Positions 21,568 to 24,783 of a DNA stretch of 24,783 nt are shown here, piece after piece. How positions within the stretch are numbered: position 1 is the stretch's first letter; each line of letters begins with the position of its first letter. The DNA comes from a virus (lineage: Duplodnaviria; Caudoviricetes), in IMG/VR virus record IMGVR_UViG_3300047491_000557, positions 1 through 24,783 of that record, one strand, 5' to 3'. The position numbers were made by a program, and so were the translations under genes. Under the pieces are notes generated by a model that saw nothing but the letters and a program-made list of their open reading frames with translations, made no database searches and was not told the DNA's origin.

Positions 21568-21786
21568 GTGGAGCAAGATAAGATAGTGTTTTTGGTTAGA
21601 AAGCCGGTTCCCAATACCACTACAAGGGTGGTTAGAGTTACGGCTGACACCTACGATGTGATTGAGGGACTGCAAAGGCAGACGGGAATACATACCTCAC
21701 AAATACTTAAACGATTTGTGGATTTCTGCATTGAGAAGGTTGTTATTAAAGAGGTTGATATTGAGCTTGACGGTGGGGGTGAGTAG
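21568..21786 (+). CDS. Ribbon-helix-helix-like DNA-binding protein (72 aa)
   Basis: RBS GAAAGGA, GTG start; strand-helix-helix pattern TRVVRV-TADTYDVIEGLQRQTG-IHTSQILKRFVDFC. Confidence 0.6.
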   Translation: MEQDKIVFLVRKPVPNTTTRVVRVTADTYDVIEGLQRQTGIHTSQILKRFVDFCIEKVVIKEVDIELDGGGE

Positions 21787-21978
21787 ATGGATATAGGTAA
21801 GAATTTAACTGTCCTTATGGAGAAGAAAGGTTTATCACAAGGGCAACTTGCAGAGATGGCAGGCATATCACAGCCGCACCTTTGTAATGTTATCAAAGGG
21901 AAGAAATGTCTTAGCGTTATGGCACTTAAAGCAATAGCCGACGAGTGCAAGGTTAGTATGGACGAGTTGACAAAGTGA
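21787..21978 (+). CDS. Cro-like XRE HTH regulator (63 aa)
   Basis: KKGLSQGQLAEMAGISQPHLCNVIKGKK...IADECKVSMDEL, a classic HTH_3 pattern. Confidence 0.9.
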   Translation: MDIGKNLTVLMEKKGLSQGQLAEMAGISQPHLCNVIKGKKCLSVMALKAIADECKVSMDELTK

Positions 21979-21990
21979 GGATGGTAAAGA

Positions 21991-22146
21991 ATGTGGGAAT
22001 TGACAGATGAATTGAACAGGTTGAGGACATCGTATGAGCAGTTAGAAAAAGATGTTTGCAAAAATTGCGAGGACAGGCTCGGTATTCCTTGCTTGGTCGC
22101 TCCGAGATGTGAAAAGTTGAAAGGATTGAAAGCGGATGAGCAGTAA
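21991..22146 (+). CDS. Small coiled-coil + 4-Cys protein (51 aa; not in ORF track)
   Basis: RBS GAGGATGG; MWELTDELNRLRTSYEQLEKDVCKNCEDRLGIPCLVAPRCEKLKGLKADEQ*. Confidence 0.65.
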   Translation: MWELTDELNRLRTSYEQLEKDVCKNCEDRLGIPCLVAPRCEKLKGLKADEQ

Positions 22147-22321
22147 TAGCGGCGAGAAGATTATATTATCCGCTGCGGACATTAAGGAGCTGACCGGTTG
22201 GGGTATTAATCAAGTTTATGAGCTTATGCACAGCCGATACTTCCCTTCTTTTAAGAGAGGTCGGAAATTCTTTGTTCTTAAAACGGAATGGCAAAAATGG
22301 CTTGAAAGGCAGAGGGCGTAA
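22136..22321 (+). CDS. xis: Excisionase / HTH_17-family DNA-binding protein
   Basis: ILSAADIKELTGWGINQVYELMHSRYFPSFKRGRKFFV...WQKWL winged-helix Xis pattern. Confidence 0.8.
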   Translation: MSSNSGEKIILSAADIKELTGWGINQVYELMHSRYFPSFKRGRKFFVLKTEWQKWLERQRA

Positions 22322-22322
22322 G

Positions 22323-22487
22323 ATGATTAGATGTAAATTTTGGTCTTGCTTAGATGTGGATAAGAACCTGTGTTGCCACAGCTGCGAGAAAAAGGAAAGC
22401 TGTATGAAAGCGTGCCTTAATCACCCTGAACGGTGTAAAGGGGCTAACAGAGAGGATGTTAAGAGTGAGAAGAGGAAAAAGATATAA
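22323..22487 (+). CDS. Cys-rich small protein (54 aa, 8 Cys)
   Basis: Start moved to ATG 22323 just after the xis stop (RBS AGAGGG); MIRCKFWSC...CCHSCEKKESCMKACLNHPERC. Confidence 0.65.
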   Translation: MIRCKFWSCLDVDKNLCCHSCEKKESCMKACLNHPERCKGANREDVKSEKRKKI

Positions 22488-22659
22488 AGTAACAGTGGAT
22501 AGTAAGGTGTTTGAGAGGGGTTTAACTGTAATTATTTTCGTGTTTGGATTATTAGGGTTTTGCAATCAGTTTTTCAGAGGTATCACTGATATGTTTTGGG
22601 TGTTCGTCGTGTTTATGGGGGCTGCGTTAATCGCGGTTACTTTCAAAAGAAAGGAGTAG
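22456..22659 (+). CDS. Small two-TM membrane protein
   Basis: Basic N-terminus and two hydrophobic stretches (LTVIIFVFGLLGFC; MFWVFVVFMGAALIAVTF); start uncertain. Confidence 0.65.
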   Translation: MLRVRRGKRYKVTVDSKVFERGLTVIIFVFGLLGFCNQFFRGITDMFWVFVVFMGAALIAVTFKRKE

Positions 22660-22665
22660 ACACGG

Positions 22666-22818
22666 ATGAACATATTGGGTTTCTATTGGCTTGAATTTTT
22701 AGGGATATGTGTTGTATGTGTGTTTCTCGGTCTTTGTGTTTTAGGTATTTTTGCAGGGGTAAACCGCATTATATTTCTGCTTAGAATGTTGTGGAAGGGC
22801 GATGAAGAAGATGAGTGA
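22666..22818 (+). CDS. Small hydrophobic membrane peptide (50 aa; not in ORF track)
   Basis: Strong RBS GAAAGGAG; MNILGFYWLEFLGICVVCVFLGLCVLGIFAGVNRIIFLLRMLWKGDEEDE*. Confidence 0.7.
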   Translation: MNILGFYWLEFLGICVVCVFLGLCVLGIFAGVNRIIFLLRMLWKGDEEDE

Positions 22819-22999
22819 AACGGTTTTTGAGGTTGAGAACAAATTCAGAAAAAACGGCGATTATGTTAATCGGTATTATTACAAAAAAGGCAGTAGCTTT
22901 ATAAGGGTTGTTCAAAAATACGGAACTGTAACAGTGGCAGACGAATATGTGGAGTATGACAACCCCGAAGAAGCACAAGCTGTTTTTAATAATTATTAG
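22811..22999 (+). CDS. Hypothetical protein (~62 aa)
   Basis: ATG 22811 (or 22802) overlapping the upstream stop; fills the operon gap. Confidence 0.65.
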   Translation: MSETVFEVENKFRKNGDYVNRYYYKKGSSFIRVVQKYGTVTVADEYVEYDNPEEAQAVFNNY

Positions 23000-23018
23000 A
23001 AAAGGAAGGTAAAAACAA

Positions 23019-23477
23019 ATGGATGTAACAATCAAAATCACAGGCATTGAGGGCTTAGTTGATGCCCTTAACAGGTTAGTAGGAGTTATTCCTATGCAAC
23101 AGGCTCCTACGCAACTACCCCAGCAACCAACACCCGTGCAACAGCAAGTGCCCACTTGGGTGCCACAGGTCCAACCCGACAGTATTGACCAATTCATAGG
23201 GCAGGTAGTGCCTACTGGTATGCAACCGACGGCAGTTCCGCCCGGTATGCCCAATCCGCAGATAGCGGCACCTACACCGACGGCAGTTCCTGTCACCCCT
23301 AAGCTCTACACCCTGGATGAGCTTAGAACAGCTTGTGCCCCTTTGATGGATGCGGGCAGGCAGAACAATTTAGCGCAGCTGATTAACTCCTTCGGGGTTC
23401 CTTCACTGGTGGCACTGCCTACTGAAATGTACGGGGCGTTTGCGACTGCAATTAGGCAGATGGGGGCGAAGATATGA
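23019..23477 (+). CDS. Phage replication-module protein with P/Q-rich linker and small helical C-terminal domain (usual DUF2800 upstream partner)
   Basis: RBS AAAGGAAGG; C-terminal YTLDELRTAC...LINSFGVPSLVALPTEMY pattern; ATGA-coupled to the DUF2800 gene. Confidence 0.75.
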   Translation: MDVTIKITGIEGLVDALNRLVGVIPMQQAPTQLPQQPTPVQQQVPTWVPQVQPDSIDQFIGQVVPTGMQPTAVPPGMPNPQIAAPTPTAVPVTPKLYTLDELRTACAPLMDAGRQNNLAQLINSFGVPSLVALPTEMYGAFATAIRQMGAKI

Positions 23478-24625
23478 GCGAACGCAAACACGCTCTTCTA
23501 AGTGCGTCCGGTGCAGAAAGGTGGATTAAATGCACCCCGTCAGCACGATTAGAGGAGCAACTACCCGTAAAGGAAAGCTCTTACGCAGACGAAGGGAGTT
23601 TAGCACACGAGATAGCCGAGCTTAAGCTACGCAAGGCGTTTACCGAACCGATGGGTAAAAAAACATTTGACACCCGCCTTAAAAAGCTACAAGAGAAGGA
23701 GCTATACAGTCCCGAGATGCTTGGATATACTGACGTGTATCTTGAATATGTTAGCAGCATTGTTCACGGACTGCCCTCTAAGCCAATAATAGTGGTAGAG
23801 AAAAAGCTTGATTTCTCACATATAGTTCCCGAGGGTTTTGGGACAGGCGATTGTCTCATACTTCACGGCAGCACATTGCACATAATTGATTTTAAGTATG
23901 GAAAAGGTGTTCCGGTATCGGCAGAGTATAACCCTCAGATGATGCTATACGCAATAGGGGCTATTGATGGCTACCGTATGCTGTATGACATTGATAGGGT
24001 GTTTATAACAATAGTTCAGCCACGGCTTGACAGTATATCTACTTGGGAGACAAGTGTAGTTGACTTAGTTAAATGGGCGGAATGGGTAACCCCTATTGCA
24101 CAGAAGGCGTTCCGCGGAGAGGGGGAGTTTGTTGCAGGGGAGCATTGTAGGTTTTGCAGGGCTAAGGCTCAGTGCAGAGCAAGAGCAGAAGAAAATCTTA
24201 AACTTGACCAGTTCTACCCGTTAAAGCCCCCTCTCATATCAGACGACGAGGTAGGCGAGATTTTAACCCTTGCTAAGAATTTAGCTAAATGGGTATCAGA
24301 TATTGAAGAGTATGCATTGGCACAGTGTTTAAGCGGTTACGAGATTAAAGGGTGGAAAGTGGTTGAAGGTAGAGCAGTTAGAGCGATTACGGATTTTGAG
24401 AAAGCGTTTGAAGTGCTTAAAGGTAATGGGTTTGATGAGGCGATGCTATATGAGAGAAAGCCGATAACTCTAACCGCTATTGAAAAGCTGACAGGCAAAG
24501 CGAAGTTTAACGAGCTGTTAGGTGGGTATATTGAGACACCGCCTGGCAAGCCTACATTAGCACCGCAAGAGGATAAAAGAGAACCCTTACAAAGAGTATC
24601 AGCAGGACAGGATTTTTTGAATTAA
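23474..24625 (+). CDS. DUF2800-family PD-(D/E)XK (Cas4-like) phage nuclease (383 aa)
   Basis: HALLSASGAERWIKCTPS, EGSLAHE, FGTGDC, IIDFKYGKG, NPQMMLYA, HCRFCRAKAQC. Confidence 0.9.
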   Translation: MSERKHALLSASGAERWIKCTPSARLEEQLPVKESSYADEGSLAHEIAELKLRKAFTEPMGKKTFDTRLKKLQEKELYSPEMLGYTDVYLEYVSSIVHGLPSKPIIVVEKKLDFSHIVPEGFGTGDCLILHGSTLHIIDFKYGKGVPVSAEYNPQMMLYAIGAIDGYRMLYDIDRVFITIVQPRLDSISTWETSVVDLVKWAEWVTPIAQKAFRGEGEFVAGEHCRFCRAKAQCRARAEENLKLDQFYPLKPPLISDDEVGEILTLAKNLAKWVSDIEEYALAQCLSGYEIKGWKVVEGRAVRAITDFEKAFEVLKGNGFDEAMLYERKPITLTAIEKLTGKAKFNELLGGYIETPPGKPTLAPQEDKREPLQRVSAGQDFLN

Positions 24626-24640
24626 GAAAGGATGTTAAAA

Positions 24641-24783
24641 ATGTTTGAATATTTAAAATTCAAGGAGCAGACCGAGGCTGTGTGCCTTAAAGCTGTTGAA
24701 CAGGACGGCGACGCATTGCGTTATGTCAAGGAGCAGACCGAGGCTGTGTGCCTTAAAGCTGTTGAACTAGACGGCTACGCATT
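24641..24783 (+). CDS. DUF4116-type 22-aa repeat protein, 3'-truncated by the window
   Basis: RBS GAAAGGA; MFEYLKFKEQTEAVCLKAVEQDGDALRYVKEQTEAVCLKAVELDGYA... Confidence 0.82.
   Translation, partial: MFEYLKFKEQTEAVCLKAVEQDGDALRYVKEQTEAVCLKAVELDGYA
24660..24783 (+). repeat. 66-bp tandem coding repeat (at least 2 units)
   Basis: TCAAGGAGCAGACCGAGGCTGTGTGCCTTAAAGCTGTTGAAC at 24660 and 24726; only 3 mismatches in the visible overlap. Confidence 0.92.

Larger units (their letters stand above)
1..24783. mobile_element. Temperate phage genome segment (late/structural, attP, lysogeny, switch, early/replication modules) in excised configuration
   Basis: Tail fibre, holin, endolysin, integrase, repressor, excisionase and DUF2800 genes; no host housekeeping genes; phage genes on both sides of an intact attP. 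Confidence 0.96.

Noticed and set aside
21651-23491. Minus-strand ORFs 21651-22061, 22781-23296 and 23306-23491
   Set aside because: Antisense to a tightly packed, RBS-supported + strand operon; composition mirrors the sense-strand P/Q repeats.
23474-24625. Cas4 / CRISPR adaptation gene
   Set aside because: Motifs and context match the DUF2800 phage replication-module nuclease; no cas1/cas2 or array in the window.
24660-24783. CRISPR repeat or DGR template/variable repeat pair
   Set aside because: Contiguous in-frame 66-bp coding units; mismatches are not adenine-restricted and no reverse transcriptase is seen.

Overview
The whole window is part of a temperate phage genome. The protein families, the Amidase_3 endolysin and the sigma-A-type promoters point to a Bacillota/Clostridia host (inference). 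No tail-tube or tape-measure gene is seen, and the adaptor/nozzle/ejection-protein layout suggests a podovirus-like virion. Left part (+ strand, late genes): end of a head-region gene, a 985-aa BppU-type tail fibre, a lysis cassette (membrane protein, r1t-family holin, amidase), adaptor and nozzle-like genes, a small ejection-type protein, and a ~3,460-aa polyvalent protein (amino-methyltransferase, Strawberry-notch-type SF2 helicase, HExxH metallopeptidase, LPD38-like C-terminus). Middle: an intact attP, so this is the excised/free form. It has 11-bp arm-type repeats on both sides of a core that is the 5' half, not the usual 3' half, of a tRNA-Thr(CGT). It is followed on the - strand by a tyrosine integrase, a 30-codon relic of a different integrase, a membrane protein, an ImmA/IrrE protease and a double-HTH repressor. 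Right part: a switch region with two palindromic operators and face-to-face promoters, small early genes (RHH-like, Cro-like, excisionase, Cys-rich and membrane peptides), a DUF2800 nuclease and the start of a DUF4116 repeat protein. Most notable: the giant gene holds a near-consensus internal promoter and a candidate overprinted +1-frame gene filling the MTase-helicase linker; the 5'-half tRNA attP; and strong avoidance of GATC/GCGC/GTAC/TCGA that breaks down mainly in the tail-fibre module. All family calls are from motif recognition by eye, not database searches.
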